A stretch of DNA of 64,000 nt from Ruminococcaceae bacterium UBA1227 (GTDB taxonomy: Bacteria; Bacillota; Clostridia; Oscillospirales; Acutalibacteraceae), in contig DBWX01000011.1 of NCBI GenBank assembly GCA_002309175.1, forward strand, positions 18,233 to 82,232, given 5' to 3'. The notes beneath the pieces are model-generated. The model saw nothing but the letters and a program-made list of their open reading frames with translations, made no database searches and was not told where the DNA came from. This document shows, one piece after another, positions 50,642 through 61,023 of this stretch. Position numbers and translations under genes: made by a program. The number at the start of each line of letters is the position of its first letter. Position 1 is the stretch's first letter.

Positions 50642-52840
50642 ATGACTGTAGCGCGCGTCGCCGTGCAGAATGCGGCTTATCATTTCGATGAGCTTTACAG
50701 TTATGCCGTGCCCGAGGGAAAGAACGTACAGGTCGGCTGTCGTGTCATGGTGCCGTTCGGCAGGGGTGACACGGCACGGCAGGCAGTGGTCATCGAAATG
50801 ACAAGCGAAGACGAGGGGGACACACCGCTCAAGAACCTGGGTGCCGTCCTCGATGAGACACCGCTTTTTGACGAGAAGATGATCCGTCTTGCGCTCTTCA
50901 TGAAAGAGCGCACATTCTGCACTGTCTACGACGCGCTTCGTACAATGCTTCCCGGACTCTCACACAAACCCTCTGATGCCACCGTGAAGATGGCGAGGCT
51001 CACGGGTGAGGAACTTCCTAAATACACCGACAAACAGCAGGCTGTAATTGACTGCCTGAAGGGCACTACAGGTGAAATTTCCGTCAAGGAGATTCTCTAC
51101 TTTACCGGTGTCTCCGCAGCGGTTGTCGACAACCTGAGAAAACGCGGTGTAATCGAATACTACGAGAAGGAGGTCTTCCGCCGCCCCTATGAGGAAGAGG
51201 TGACGGAGACTGAGAGAGTAAAACTCTCAAAGAGCCAGAAGAACGCCTTTGACAACATGATGAACATGTTTGAGAACGGTGGCGGCACGAGCCTTCTCTA
51301 CGGTGTCACCGGAAGCGGCAAGACCCAGGTGTATCTGCGCCTCATAGACGAGGTGGAGAAGACCGGACGCGGAATAATCGTCATGGTCCCCGAAATCTCC
51401 CTGACACCCCAGACACTCAGTATTTTCCACAGGCGCTATGGCGACAAAGTGGCCGTATTCCACAGCGCGCTCTCTGACGGAGAGCGCCTTGATGAGTGGA
51501 AACGGGTCAGAAAAGGACTTGCGAAAATCGTCGTAGGTACGCGGTCTGCCGTTTTTGCGCCATTTGAAAAACTCGGCCTCGTCATAATAGACGAGGAGCA
51601 GGAGCACACATACAAGTCCGAGCAGAGCCCGCGCTACCACGCGAGAGACATAGCGAAATACCGCTGCGCCGAGGACGGTGCTCTCCTCGTGCTCGCTTCC
51701 GCGACGCCGAGTCTCGAGACATATACTCTTGCCAAAAACGGCAAGTACGCCTTAAGCGTTTTAACGGACAGGTACGGCTCTGCCGAACTGCCGACGGTAG
51801 AGACCGTCGACATGTGCCGCGAGCGCTTTGACGGCAACAAGAGCGAGATAAGCAGAACGCTTCTCTCGGCCCTCGTAAAGAACTTTGAGGAAGGACATCA
51901 GTCAATCGTCCTGCTCAATCGCCGCGGCTACCACACATACGCCGCGTGTGACTCATGCGGCGAGGTAATGATGTGCCCGAACTGCAGCATAGGACTGACA
52001 TACCACCGTCATTCCGGCCGCCTCATGTGCCACTATTGCGGCTACAGTGTCCCGTTTACCACGGTCTGTCCCTCCTGCGGGGCAAACGACGTCCGTTATA
52101 CGGGAGCCGGCACACAGCGCTTTGAGGAGGAGATAGACAGGCTTCTGCCTGATGCCCGCATTCTGCGAATGGATGCCGACACAACCCTTCAGAAGCACTC
52201 ATACGACGAGAAACTCGCGGCTTTCAGAAACCACGAGTATGACGTGATGATAGGCACGCAGATGGTCGCCAAAGGCCTTGACTTTGAAAATGTCACCTTA
52301 GTCGGCGTCCTCTCTGCGGACCAGCAGCTCTACAATGACGACTACAAGTCGATGGAGACTACATTTGACCTACTCACACAGGTCATAGGCAGGGCCGGAA
52401 GGGGCAAGTACCCGGGTCGCGCCATCATCCAGACAATAAAGCCGCAAAACGACGTAATTATACTTGCGACGCGCCAGGATTTCGATGCCTTCTACAACAC
52501 CGAAATCACCATGCGAAAGGCCTGTGTCTTCCCGCCGTTTTGCAACCTCTGCTTCATAAGTTTCCAGGGAGCAAAGGAGGAGAGAGTGCTTAAAGCGGGC
52601 ACGAATTTCCTGAAAAACATAGAGAAGAAAGTTAAGACGGACGAGTACAAAGATTTAAAACTCATCTGCCTCGGCCCCATGCCGGAGCGCGTGGTCAAGG
52701 TCTCAAACAAGTACAGATACCGTCTCACCATAAAGTGTAAAAACAATGCGCATTTTCGCCGTTTTCTCTCGGAACTCCTGATGGATTTCGCGAGGGATAA
52801 AGAAAATTCCGGCGTAAACGCAATTCCCGATATCATATGA
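50642..52840 (+). CDS. priA: Primosomal replication restart helicase PriA
   Basis: Walker A GVTGSGKT, IIDEEQE, Cys-rich zinc insert (CDSCG..CPNC..CHYCG..CPSCG). Confidence 0.92.
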   Translation: MTVARVAVQNAAYHFDELYSYAVPEGKNVQVGCRVMVPFGRGDTARQAVVIEMTSEDEGDTPLKNLGAVLDETPLFDEKMIRLALFMKERTFCTVYDALRTMLPGLSHKPSDATVKMARLTGEELPKYTDKQQAVIDCLKGTTGEISVKEILYFTGVSAAVVDNLRKRGVIEYYEKEVFRRPYEEEVTETERVKLSKSQKNAFDNMMNMFENGGGTSLLYGVTGSGKTQVYLRLIDEVEKTGRGIIVMVPEISLTPQTLSIFHRRYGDKVAVFHSALSDGERLDEWKRVRKGLAKIVVGTRSAVFAPFEKLGLVIIDEEQEHTYKSEQSPRYHARDIAKYRCAEDGALLVLASATPSLETYTLAKNGKYALSVLTDRYGSAELPTVETVDMCRERFDGNKSEISRTLLSALVKNFEEGHQSIVLLNRRGYHTYAACDSCGEVMMCPNCSIGLTYHRHSGRLMCHYCGYSVPFTTVCPSCGANDVRYTGAGTQRFEEEIDRLLPDARILRMDADTTLQKHSYDEKLAAFRNHEYDVMIGTQMVAKGLDFENVTLVGVLSADQQLYNDDYKSMETTFDLLTQVIGRAGRGKYPGRAIIQTIKPQNDVIILATRQDFDAFYNTEITMRKACVFPPFCNLCFISFQGAKEERVLKAGTNFLKNIEKKVKTDEYKDLKLICLGPMPERVVKVSNKYRYRLTIKCKNNAHFRRFLSELLMDFARDKENSGVNAIPDII

Positions 52841-52850
52841 GGTAAGAATA

Positions 52851-53333
52851 ATGGCATTGAGAAAAATCGTTACGAAAGAGGACCCCATACTCAAGAAGAA
52901 ATGCAGACCTGTCGAGAAGTTCGACGACCGTCTTCACATGCTTCTTGATGACATGGCGGAGACCATGTATGCCGCTGACGGCGTAGGTCTTGCCGCGCCG
53001 CAGGTAGGCATGCTCAGAAGGGTTGTCGTGATGGACATAGGCGAGGGTCTTCTTGAACTCGTAAATCCCGAAATAATCGAAAGGGAAGGAGAACAGTGCG
53101 CCGAAGAGGGCTGCCTCTCCATACCCGGAGAATACTATGAGACCATCCGTCCCGCATACGTTAAAGTGAAGGCGCAGGACAGGAACGGCGAGTGGCATGA
53201 GTACGAGGGAGAAGAGCTTAAGGCACGTTGTTTCTGCCATGAACTCGACCACCTCGACGGAGTGCTTTTCACCGAGCGTTTAAACCCGAATCCGACCCCG
53301 AAAGAGGAGCCGAAACCGGCTGAGGAAAAGTAA
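52851..53333 (+). CDS. def: Peptide deformylase
   Basis: GLAAPQ, EGCLSIPG and HELDHLDG motifs. Confidence 0.92.
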   Translation: MALRKIVTKEDPILKKKCRPVEKFDDRLHMLLDDMAETMYAADGVGLAAPQVGMLRRVVVMDIGEGLLELVNPEIIEREGEQCAEEGCLSIPGEYYETIRPAYVKVKAQDRNGEWHEYEGEELKARCFCHELDHLDGVLFTERLNPNPTPKEEPKPAEEK

Positions 53334-54253
53334 TGAGAGTAGTTTTCATGGGCACCCCTGACTTTGCCGTCCCGATTCTTGAGAGGCTGGCGGCGAAGCA
53401 TGAAGTGGCAGGGGTATTCCCCCAGCCTGACAAGCCGAAGGGCAGGCATATGACCCTGACCCCTTCAGATGTCAAGGTGAAGGCGGAAGAACTGAAAATT
53501 CCCGTTTTTCAGCCCGAGAGTTTAAAGCACGGCGAGGCCATGCCCGTACTCGAGGACCTGAAACCGGATGTCATAGTCGTTGCCGCATACGGACAGATTC
53601 TTAAAAGCGATGTCCTGAATTTCCCGAAATACGGCTGTGTAAACGCCCACGGCTCACTTCTTCCGAAGTACCGCGGAGCAGCGCCCATTCAGCGCGCGGT
53701 CATTGACGGCGAGACCGAGACCGGAATCACCGCAATGCTAATGGATGAGGGCCTTGACACGGGCGATGTACTGAATGTCAAAACGACAAAAATCGGAGAG
53801 AACGAAACCGCCGGAGAGCTCTTTGACAGACTTGCGTTACTCGCTGCCGACACCATTGAAGAGACCCTCGAAAACATTGAGGAATTCAGGAAAAGCGCGA
53901 AAAAACAGGACGATGAAAAGTCCTGCTACGCGAAGATGCTGACCAAGGACGAGTGCCCTATAGACTGGACAAAAACCGCGCAGGAAATTCATAATCAGGT
54001 GCGCGGTCTTAATCCCTGGCCGACAGCCACGACAACGCTTGACGGCGCAACTTTCAAGGTCCACACAACAAGAAAAACAGACAACAGAACCACCGAAAAA
54101 CCCGGTACGATAAGAACTGAAAAAGACAGACTCTTTGTCGCAACGGGAGACAATAAAGAAATAGAAATAACTGAAATTCAACCCCAAAACGGCAGGAGAA
54201 TGAGCGCGGAGGCGTATCTTCTCGGCCACACACTGGAAGGAGTGTTCGAATAA
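53333..54253 (+). CDS. fmt: Methionyl-tRNA formyltransferase
   Basis: MRVVFMGTPDFAVP and HGSLLPKYRGAAPIQ motifs. Confidence 0.92.
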   Translation: MRVVFMGTPDFAVPILERLAAKHEVAGVFPQPDKPKGRHMTLTPSDVKVKAEELKIPVFQPESLKHGEAMPVLEDLKPDVIVVAAYGQILKSDVLNFPKYGCVNAHGSLLPKYRGAAPIQRAVIDGETETGITAMLMDEGLDTGDVLNVKTTKIGENETAGELFDRLALLAADTIEETLENIEEFRKSAKKQDDEKSCYAKMLTKDECPIDWTKTAQEIHNQVRGLNPWPTATTTLDGATFKVHTTRKTDNRTTEKPGTIRTEKDRLFVATGDNKEIEITEIQPQNGRRMSAEAYLLGHTLEGVFE

Positions 54254-54963
54254 TGTATTGGGACCCTTTATATTATCTCGTTATAATCATGTTCTTCATC
54301 GCCATGGCGGCGTCCAACAAGGTTAAGAGAACCTATTCGAGATATGCTCAGGTAATGAGTTCAAAGAACATCACCGCGGAGCGCGCGGTACAGATGGTGC
54401 TCAATTATTACGGCATAACCGATGTCGGTATTGAGCGCATCCCCGGTGAACTCACCGACAACTTCAATCCGAAGACAAACATAATCAGCCTTTCCGAGTC
54501 AGTCGCGGGCAGCACAAGTGTCGCTGCCATAGGCGTTGCCTGCCATGAGGCCGGCCACGCCGCACAGCACGCGACAGGATACCTTCCCATAAAGATCAGG
54601 AACTCAATCGTCCCCGTCTGCAATATCGGCTCAATGCTCGGTATACCGATAGCTATTATCGGTGTCGTTCTTCAGTCGATGCAGGGTATGTTTGATCTCG
54701 GTCAGACCCTCGTCTACGTAGGCATCATCATGTATGCCTTCGTATTTGTATTCCAGTTTGTAACCCTTCCTACGGAGCTTGACGCAAGCCACCGTGCCCT
54801 CAAGGTAATAGAGGAACAGGGTATTCTCGAAGGAGACGAGAGAGTCGGTGCCAAAAAGGTGCTTACCGCAGCCGCAATGACATATGTCGTTGCCCTCGCA
54901 ACTGCCCTTGTAAACCTGCTGAGATTTGCATCCATTTTCCTTGGAAGAGGACGCAGGAGATAA
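54253..54963 (+). CDS. Membrane zinc metallopeptidase (Zn_peptidase_2 / YugP-like)
   Basis: HEAGHAAQH motif between TM segments. Confidence 0.75.
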   Translation: MYWDPLYYLVIIMFFIAMAASNKVKRTYSRYAQVMSSKNITAERAVQMVLNYYGITDVGIERIPGELTDNFNPKTNIISLSESVAGSTSVAAIGVACHEAGHAAQHATGYLPIKIRNSIVPVCNIGSMLGIPIAIIGVVLQSMQGMFDLGQTLVYVGIIMYAFVFVFQFVTLPTELDASHRALKVIEEQGILEGDERVGAKKVLTAAAMTYVVALATALVNLLRFASIFLGRGRRR

Positions 54964-54966
54964 GAT

Positions 54967-56154
54967 ATGAAGAGTGCAAGACAGTTCGCTCTTGAAACAC
55001 TTCTCAAAATTGAACAGCAGAATTCGTATTCGAATTTATCAATTGCCGGTGTGCTTGAGGGGAATACCCTCGAGGGCGCCGACAAGGCATTTTTCACGGC
55101 ACTTGTATACGGTGTGCTGGAGAGAAAACTGACACTTGACTACAACCTTGAAAAATGCCTTACACAGCCGATAAAACGGCTGAAGCCGGAGGTCCTCTGT
55201 ATACTCCGGCTCGGCGCCCTCCAGCTTTTATTCATGGACAAAATTCCCGCGAGGGCAGCCATAAACGAGTCCGTCGAACTGACCAAGAAAAACAGGGCTC
55301 AGTACGCGAGCGGGCTGGTAAATGCAGTCCTGCGGAAAGTTGACGAAAACAAATTACAACTGCCGGATGAGACGGACGAAAATTACCTTGAAATCAAGTA
55401 TTCCTGCCCGCAGGAACTCATAGATCTCTGGATAAACGCATACGGAAAAGAGAAGACCGTCGGCATACTTGAGCATGCGAACGGTCCTCAGAAGATATAT
55501 GCAAGACACAGGACCGAAGGGCTGAAAATAATCGACAGTCCGGATGAGCTGACAAGCGATATGCACATCCAGGACAAGTCCTCGCAGCTTTGCTGCGAAG
55601 CCTTAAACCCGCAGCCCGGTGAGCGCATATTTGACATGTGCGCGGCGCCCGGCGGAAAAACATTCACGATTGCCGAGCTCATGAACGACGAAGGCGAGGT
55701 CTTCGCCTTCGATATCCATGAGCACCGCGTAAAGCTCATCAGGGCCGGCGCCGCCCGCTTGAACCTCCTCTCAGTGAGGGCGCAGGTAAACGACGCGGAG
55801 CAGTACAAAGAGGCCCTCGGTCATGCCGACAGAGTCCTCTGTGACGTGCCTTGCAGCGGTCTCGGAGACATCGGAAGGAAACCCGAGATTCGTTACAAAA
55901 AAGTTAAGGATATTGAAAAGTTACCGCTTTTACAATATAATATATTAGTTAATAGCGCGCGCTATGTTAAAGAGGGCGGCACCCTTCTTTATTCAACCTG
56001 CGCCTTAAACCCGCAGGAGAATGAAGAGGTGGTGAAACGCTTCCTTGACGAAAGCGCGAACTTCACCCTGAAGGAGCAGAGAACAATCTTCCCTCAGGAT
56101 GAGGACTGTGACGGCTTCTTCTATGCCGTTCTCAAAAAGGAGTCCGCAGATTGA
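54967..56154 (+). CDS. rsmB: 16S rRNA (cytosine-C5)-methyltransferase RsmB
   Basis: NusB-like N-terminus. DMCAAPGGKT, DVPCSG and YSTCAL motifs. Confidence 0.85.
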   Translation: MKSARQFALETLLKIEQQNSYSNLSIAGVLEGNTLEGADKAFFTALVYGVLERKLTLDYNLEKCLTQPIKRLKPEVLCILRLGALQLLFMDKIPARAAINESVELTKKNRAQYASGLVNAVLRKVDENKLQLPDETDENYLEIKYSCPQELIDLWINAYGKEKTVGILEHANGPQKIYARHRTEGLKIIDSPDELTSDMHIQDKSSQLCCEALNPQPGERIFDMCAAPGGKTFTIAELMNDEGEVFAFDIHEHRVKLIRAGAARLNLLSVRAQVNDAEQYKEALGHADRVLCDVPCSGLGDIGRKPEIRYKKVKDIEKLPLLQYNILVNSARYVKEGGTLLYSTCALNPQENEEVVKRFLDESANFTLKEQRTIFPQDEDCDGFFYAVLKKESAD

Positions 56155-57203
56155 AAACGGATATTAAATCACTGACACTTGCCGAACTCGAAGACCTGGC
56201 AAAAGAGCTGGGACTTCAGAAGTTTCGCGCAAAGCAGATATATGAGTGGCTTCACAGACAGTGCGCCGAGTCCTTTGAGGAGATGACCAATCTCTCAAAG
56301 GAGCAGAGAGCAAAACTCGATGAACTCTGCGAGATCAAAAACTGCAGCATCGAGAAAAAACTCGTCTCGAAACTCGACGGCACGAAAAAGTACCTCTTCA
56401 GGTTAAACGACGGTGAATTTATCGAATCCGTCCTCATGAAGTACAAGTACGGCTACACCGTATGTGTCTCGAGCCAGGTGGGCTGCAATATGAAGTGTTC
56501 CTTCTGTGCCAGCACCATTGACGGCTGTGTGAGAAACCTCGCCCCGAGCGAGATCTTAAGCCAGGTGTACGCCATAACCCGCGACAACAGGAAAGAGGAC
56601 AAGGAGTTCCGTGTCTCGCACATAGTCCTCATGGGCATGGGTGAGCCCCTCGACAACTATGACAATGTCCTGCGTTTCCTCGAACTCATAACAAACGGGG
56701 ACGGCCTGAACATAGGCGCGAGAAACATAAGCATCTCGACCTGCGGCATAGTCCCGAAAATCTACGACCTCATTGAAAAGCATCCGCAGTACACTCTCTC
56801 GGTGAGCCTCCACGCTCCGAACGACGAGATAAGGGACAGGATAATGCCCGTCAACAGGAAGTGGAACACTGAGGAACTTCTTGAGGCCTGCAGGGTCTAC
56901 ACGAAACAGACAAGCAGACGTATCTCTTTCGAGTACGCCATGATGAAAGACATAAACGATACGGACGAGTGTGCAAAGGAACTCGCGAAAAGGCTTAAAG
57001 GCATGCTTTGCCATGTAAACCTTATCCCGGCAAACGAAGTCCGTGAGAATGACTACGAAAGAAGCAACAATGAGAGAATAAAGGAATTTTCAAAGATTCT
57101 CGAAGCAGGCGGCATAACCACCACCATAAGGCGCAGCCTCGGCGGTGACATAGACGCCTCCTGCGGACAACTCAGAAGGCAAACGAAAGGAGGGGAGTCA
57201 TGA
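56151..57203 (+). CDS. rlmN: 23S rRNA/tRNA adenine-C2 methyltransferase RlmN (radical SAM)
   Basis: CNMKCSFCAS CxxxCxxC cluster, GMGEPL, and C-terminal DIDASCGQL. Confidence 0.92.
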   Translation: MKTDIKSLTLAELEDLAKELGLQKFRAKQIYEWLHRQCAESFEEMTNLSKEQRAKLDELCEIKNCSIEKKLVSKLDGTKKYLFRLNDGEFIESVLMKYKYGYTVCVSSQVGCNMKCSFCASTIDGCVRNLAPSEILSQVYAITRDNRKEDKEFRVSHIVLMGMGEPLDNYDNVLRFLELITNGDGLNIGARNISISTCGIVPKIYDLIEKHPQYTLSVSLHAPNDEIRDRIMPVNRKWNTEELLEACRVYTKQTSRRISFEYAMMKDINDTDECAKELAKRLKGMLCHVNLIPANEVRENDYERSNNERIKEFSKILEAGGITTTIRRSLGGDIDASCGQLRRQTKGGES

Positions 57204-57928
57204 GAATATCCGCAAAGACAGATGTCGGCAAGGTGCGTCCGAACAACCAGGACTCATACGCCGCCGGTGAATTCCAGAACGGGGTCACCTGGGTGGTTGT
57301 GTGTGACGGAATGGGCGGCTACCGTGGCGGCAACATAGCGAGTTCCGCGGCAGTAAAGACCATTTCGGAACGGATAACAGGCAGCTACAGGGAGAACATG
57401 ACATCCTCGTCCATCAAGAACCTGCTTGTGACTTCAATCACGAACGCCAACTTTGAAATCTTCGACATGGCTGCCGCCAACGAGGAACTCAAGGGAATGG
57501 GCACAACGGTTGTCGCGGCGCTAATCACGAAGAAAGCAATCTACATCGCACATGCCGGAGACAGCAGGGCATACCTGGCGGCCGACGGCAAGCTGAGACA
57601 GATAACGAAAGACCACTCGGTGGTACAGGAACTCGTGGACAGCGGGGAGATAACCAGGGAACAGGCCATGGATCACCCGCAGAAGAACCTGATAACCCGT
57701 GCCCTCGGAGTGGAGGAAATAGTCAAGGTGGATTTCACCGTAGAAGACATTAAAGGAGATGAAACCCTGCTCATTTGCACGGACGGCCTCACGAACGAGG
57801 TCACTGAGGATGAGATTCTGCGGGTTCTGTCCGAGAAACCGTTCGAAGAAGTCGCCGACACACTTGTCGACATGGCAAACGAAAACGGCGGCAACGACAA
57901 CATTACAGCCGTAGCAATTACGAGATAG
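57200..57928 (+). CDS. stp: PP2C-family Ser/Thr phosphatase
   Basis: VVCDGMGG, GTTVVAA, CTDGLTN and NGGNDNITAV motifs. Confidence 0.9.
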   Translation: MRISAKTDVGKVRPNNQDSYAAGEFQNGVTWVVVCDGMGGYRGGNIASSAAVKTISERITGSYRENMTSSSIKNLLVTSITNANFEIFDMAAANEELKGMGTTVVAALITKKAIYIAHAGDSRAYLAADGKLRQITKDHSVVQELVDSGEITREQAMDHPQKNLITRALGVEEIVKVDFTVEDIKGDETLLICTDGLTNEVTEDEILRVLSEKPFEEVADTLVDMANENGGNDNITAVAITR

Positions 57929-57939
57929 GGGGCTTGTGT

Positions 57940-60120
57940 ATGGATACTTACGTAGGAAAAAGGCTTGATGGCCGTTACGAAATCAGAGAAATAATCGGCG
58001 TGGGCGGCATGGCTGTCGTGTACAAGGCATACGACAACATAGATGACCGCATTGTCGCCATCAAAATACTCAAGGAGGAGTTCCTCGCCAACGAGGAGTT
58101 CCGCAGAAGGTTCAAAAACGAATCAAAGGCGATTGCCGTACTGTCACACCCGAATATTGTAAAGGTGTACGATGTATCCTTCGGCGACCGTCTTCAGTAC
58201 ATCGTGATGGAATACATTGAGGGTATCACTCTCAAGGAGTACATTGAGCAGCAGAAGGTCATAAACTGGAAGGAAGCAGTCCACTTTACGACCCAGATTC
58301 TCCGCGCTCTCCAGCATGCCCATGACAAGGGTATTGTTCATCGCGATGTAAAGCCCCAGAACATAATGCTCCTTCAAAACGGCAATATCAAAGTGACCGA
58401 CTTCGGCATTGCCCGTTTTTCACGCGGTGAGACCCGCACAATGAACGAGTCAGCTATAGGCTCCGTTCACTATATAAGCCCCGAGCAGGCGCGCGGCGAG
58501 ATAACAGACGACAAGGCTGACATCTACTCGGTCGGCGTAGTCCTGTACGAGATGATAACGGGAAGACTTCCGTTCGAGTCCGACAGCGCCGTATCAGTGG
58601 CAATAATGCAGCTTCAGAACGAGGCCGTTCATCCGCGTGAGATCAATCCGCAGATTCCCGTAGGCCTCGAGCAGATAACTCTTCGCGCAATGCAGAAGAA
58701 TGCCAAGGACCGCTATCAGTCCGCGGCTGAAATGCTCCTCGACCTCGATGAGTTCAAACGCAACCCTTCAGTCAAGTTTGACTACTCATACTTCGTCGAC
58801 AAGGAGCCCACACAGTTCATAAGCCAGCAGGAGGCTGCCAAGGTCATCGCGACACCTGTCGCGAAGACACATGTCCAGCCCGTCCAGATTGACGAAGAGG
58901 ACGAGTATGACGATGACGACTCGGTACAGAACAGAGTTCTGCCGATCCTCGTCGGTGTCGCTTCGGCCCTCCTCGCTGTAATAGTCATCATCATAATCAT
59001 CCTCGCCCTCTTCACCGATATCTTCAAGAACGACAAGATTGAAGTACCTGACCTCCTCGGTAAGGACTATGCCTCAGAGGTAGAGGGCAACAAGAAATAT
59101 GCTGACTGGGAATTCGACGTCAAGTATGTCACATCCACGGACACGAAGTACCAGGGCGGCCAGATCTGCAAGCAGAGCCCGTACAAGGGTGCAAAGGCCA
59201 AGAAGGGTTCAGTCATCAAGATTGAAGTCGTCTCAAACGGCTCACAGGTAGAGATACCCGAAATCAACGGACTTGAACTCGGAACGGCGAAACAGGCGCT
59301 CATTGCAGCCGGATTTGTCAACACGAAGGTAGTACCTGAGTACACCGACGACTACAAAGAAGGCCTCGTAATAAGCTCAGAGCCCGCACAGGGCACAAAG
59401 GCCGACACCTCAACGATGATAATCATCAATGTCGCCGCCCCTGCAAAGGACAACCCTGACCTCAAGGAAGTACCGTCAGTCGTAGGCCTCAACTACAACA
59501 AGGACAAGGCTGACATTGAAGAGTACTTCTCAAGCGTCAACCTGAAGCTCGGCACGGTCAAGGAAGAAGATTCGAAAGAACCTGCCGGCACCGTCATCCA
59601 GCAGAGCATAGATGCCAAGGAAAAAGTACCTGCCGGCACAAAGGTAGACATCATCATCTCCTCCGGCAAGGCACCTTCAAGCACAGGTACAATCAGCTTC
59701 ACGCTTCCTGTATCACCCGACGACCTTGAACTCAAGATCTACGTCGGGAACGAGCTCTATGACACAAAGACGCTCAATTGCAACGGCTCCAAGTTCTCAT
59801 ACAAGCTCACCGGCTCAGGCGAGACTAAGAACGTAGTCTGCAAACTTGACGGCCAGACCATCTATACCTGCACAATCGACTTCTCCACAGACCCGGCTAC
59901 AATCACAAACGCCAAGGAGACTCCGATTAAGGTAAGAGTTGCAGTGCCGAACGTTGTAGGCAAGACCGTAGCTGATGCTAAACAGATCCTGAACTCCTCA
60001 GGTTTCACAAACATCAAGTTTGCCGGTGAATACCAGGATACTGACAAGGTAGTTGCCATGATGCCGATAGCCGGCACAAAGGCATATACAACTGACGCAA
60101 TCACACTGGTTGCGAACTAG
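57940..60120 (+). CDS. prkC: Ser/Thr protein kinase PrkC with four PASTA repeats
   Basis: Hanks motifs GVGGMAVVYKA, HRDVKPQN, DFGIA and SPEQ. One TM. Four PASTA-like repeats (IEVPDLLGK, VEIPEINGL, KEVPSVVGL, VAVPNVVGK). ATG at 57940 preferred. Confidence 0.9.
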   Translation: MDTYVGKRLDGRYEIREIIGVGGMAVVYKAYDNIDDRIVAIKILKEEFLANEEFRRRFKNESKAIAVLSHPNIVKVYDVSFGDRLQYIVMEYIEGITLKEYIEQQKVINWKEAVHFTTQILRALQHAHDKGIVHRDVKPQNIMLLQNGNIKVTDFGIARFSRGETRTMNESAIGSVHYISPEQARGEITDDKADIYSVGVVLYEMITGRLPFESDSAVSVAIMQLQNEAVHPREINPQIPVGLEQITLRAMQKNAKDRYQSAAEMLLDLDEFKRNPSVKFDYSYFVDKEPTQFISQQEAAKVIATPVAKTHVQPVQIDEEDEYDDDDSVQNRVLPILVGVASALLAVIVIIIIILALFTDIFKNDKIEVPDLLGKDYASEVEGNKKYADWEFDVKYVTSTDTKYQGGQICKQSPYKGAKAKKGSVIKIEVVSNGSQVEIPEINGLELGTAKQALIAAGFVNTKVVPEYTDDYKEGLVISSEPAQGTKADTSTMIIINVAAPAKDNPDLKEVPSVVGLNYNKDKADIEEYFSSVNLKLGTVKEEDSKEPAGTVIQQSIDAKEKVPAGTKVDIIISSGKAPSSTGTISFTLPVSPDDLELKIYVGNELYDTKTLNCNGSKFSYKLTGSGETKNVVCKLDGQTIYTCTIDFSTDPATITNAKETPIKVRVAVPNVVGKTVADAKQILNSSGFTNIKFAGEYQDTDKVVAMMPIAGTKAYTTDAITLVAN

Positions 60121-61023
60121 GTGAGTATGGTAAAAAACACCCAAAACGGAACAATCATAAAAGGCATAGGCGGTTTCTATTATGTGGAAACCGCCGAAGG
60201 CATTTTTGAGTGTAAGGCCAGAGGTGTCTTCAGAAAAGAAAAAATCACCCCCATGGTGGGTGACAATGTCGTAATAACAGTAAATGATAATACGGACAAC
60301 ACAATTGATGAGATAAAAGAGCGCAGAAGTTTTCTCCTGAGGCCTCCTGTCGCCAATATCGACCAATTGATAATAGTTGTCTCCTGTACACAGCCGAGAC
60401 CGAATACGCTGCTTGTGGACCGTCTGACGGCCATTGCAGTGAAAAATAATATCGAGCCCGTAATCGTCCTGAATAAAATTGACCTCGCTGACGTAGAAGA
60501 TCTGAAAGATATTTACAAAAAAACCGTCTTTAATGTCATAGAGGCCTGCGGAAAGACAGGCGAGGGCACGGAAGAGATTAAGGAAATACTCAAAAACAAG
60601 ATCTCCGCTTTCACGGGCAACTCGGGTGTGGGCAAGTCTACATTGCTCAATCAGATAGACCCGCATCTCAATCTTGAGACGAATGAGATTTCACAGAAGC
60701 TCGGCCGCGGCAAGCACACAACCAGGGAGTGCACGCTCATAAAACTGGATGACAGCACATATGTCGCAGACACGCCCGGTTTCGCCTCGCTCGAACTTTT
60801 AAAGCAGGAAGTAATCCTTAAAGAGGACCTCCAGTACTGCTTCCCCGAGTTTGAGGACTTTATCGACAGCTGCAAATTCGCAACCAACTGTTCCCACACG
60901 ACGGACAAGGGCTGCGCAGTAATAAAAGCAGTGGAAGACGGCATTATTTCAAAATCCCGACACGACTCATACAAGGCTTTGTACAACGAAGTCAAGGACT
61001 TAAAGGAGTGGCAGGTAAAATGA
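60121..61023 (+). CDS. rsgA: Ribosome small-subunit-dependent GTPase A
   Basis: Circularly permuted GTPase: NKIDL, then GNSGVGKSTL. C-terminal zinc motif C..C.H...C. The start may be GTG 60121 or ATG 60127. Confidence 0.9.
   Translation: MSMVKNTQNGTIIKGIGGFYYVETAEGIFECKARGVFRKEKITPMVGDNVVITVNDNTDNTIDEIKERRSFLLRPPVANIDQLIIVVSCTQPRPNTLLVDRLTAIAVKNNIEPVIVLNKIDLADVEDLKDIYKKTVFNVIEACGKTGEGTEEIKEILKNKISAFTGNSGVGKSTLLNQIDPHLNLETNEISQKLGRGKHTTRECTLIKLDDSTYVADTPGFASLELLKQEVILKEDLQYCFPEFEDFIDSCKFATNCSHTTDKGCAVIKAVEDGIISKSRHDSYKALYNEVKDLKEWQVK

Noticed and set aside
59998-60666. 222-aa ORF antisense to prkC 3' end and rsgA
   Set aside because: Shadow ORF opposite two well-supported genes. No RBS.
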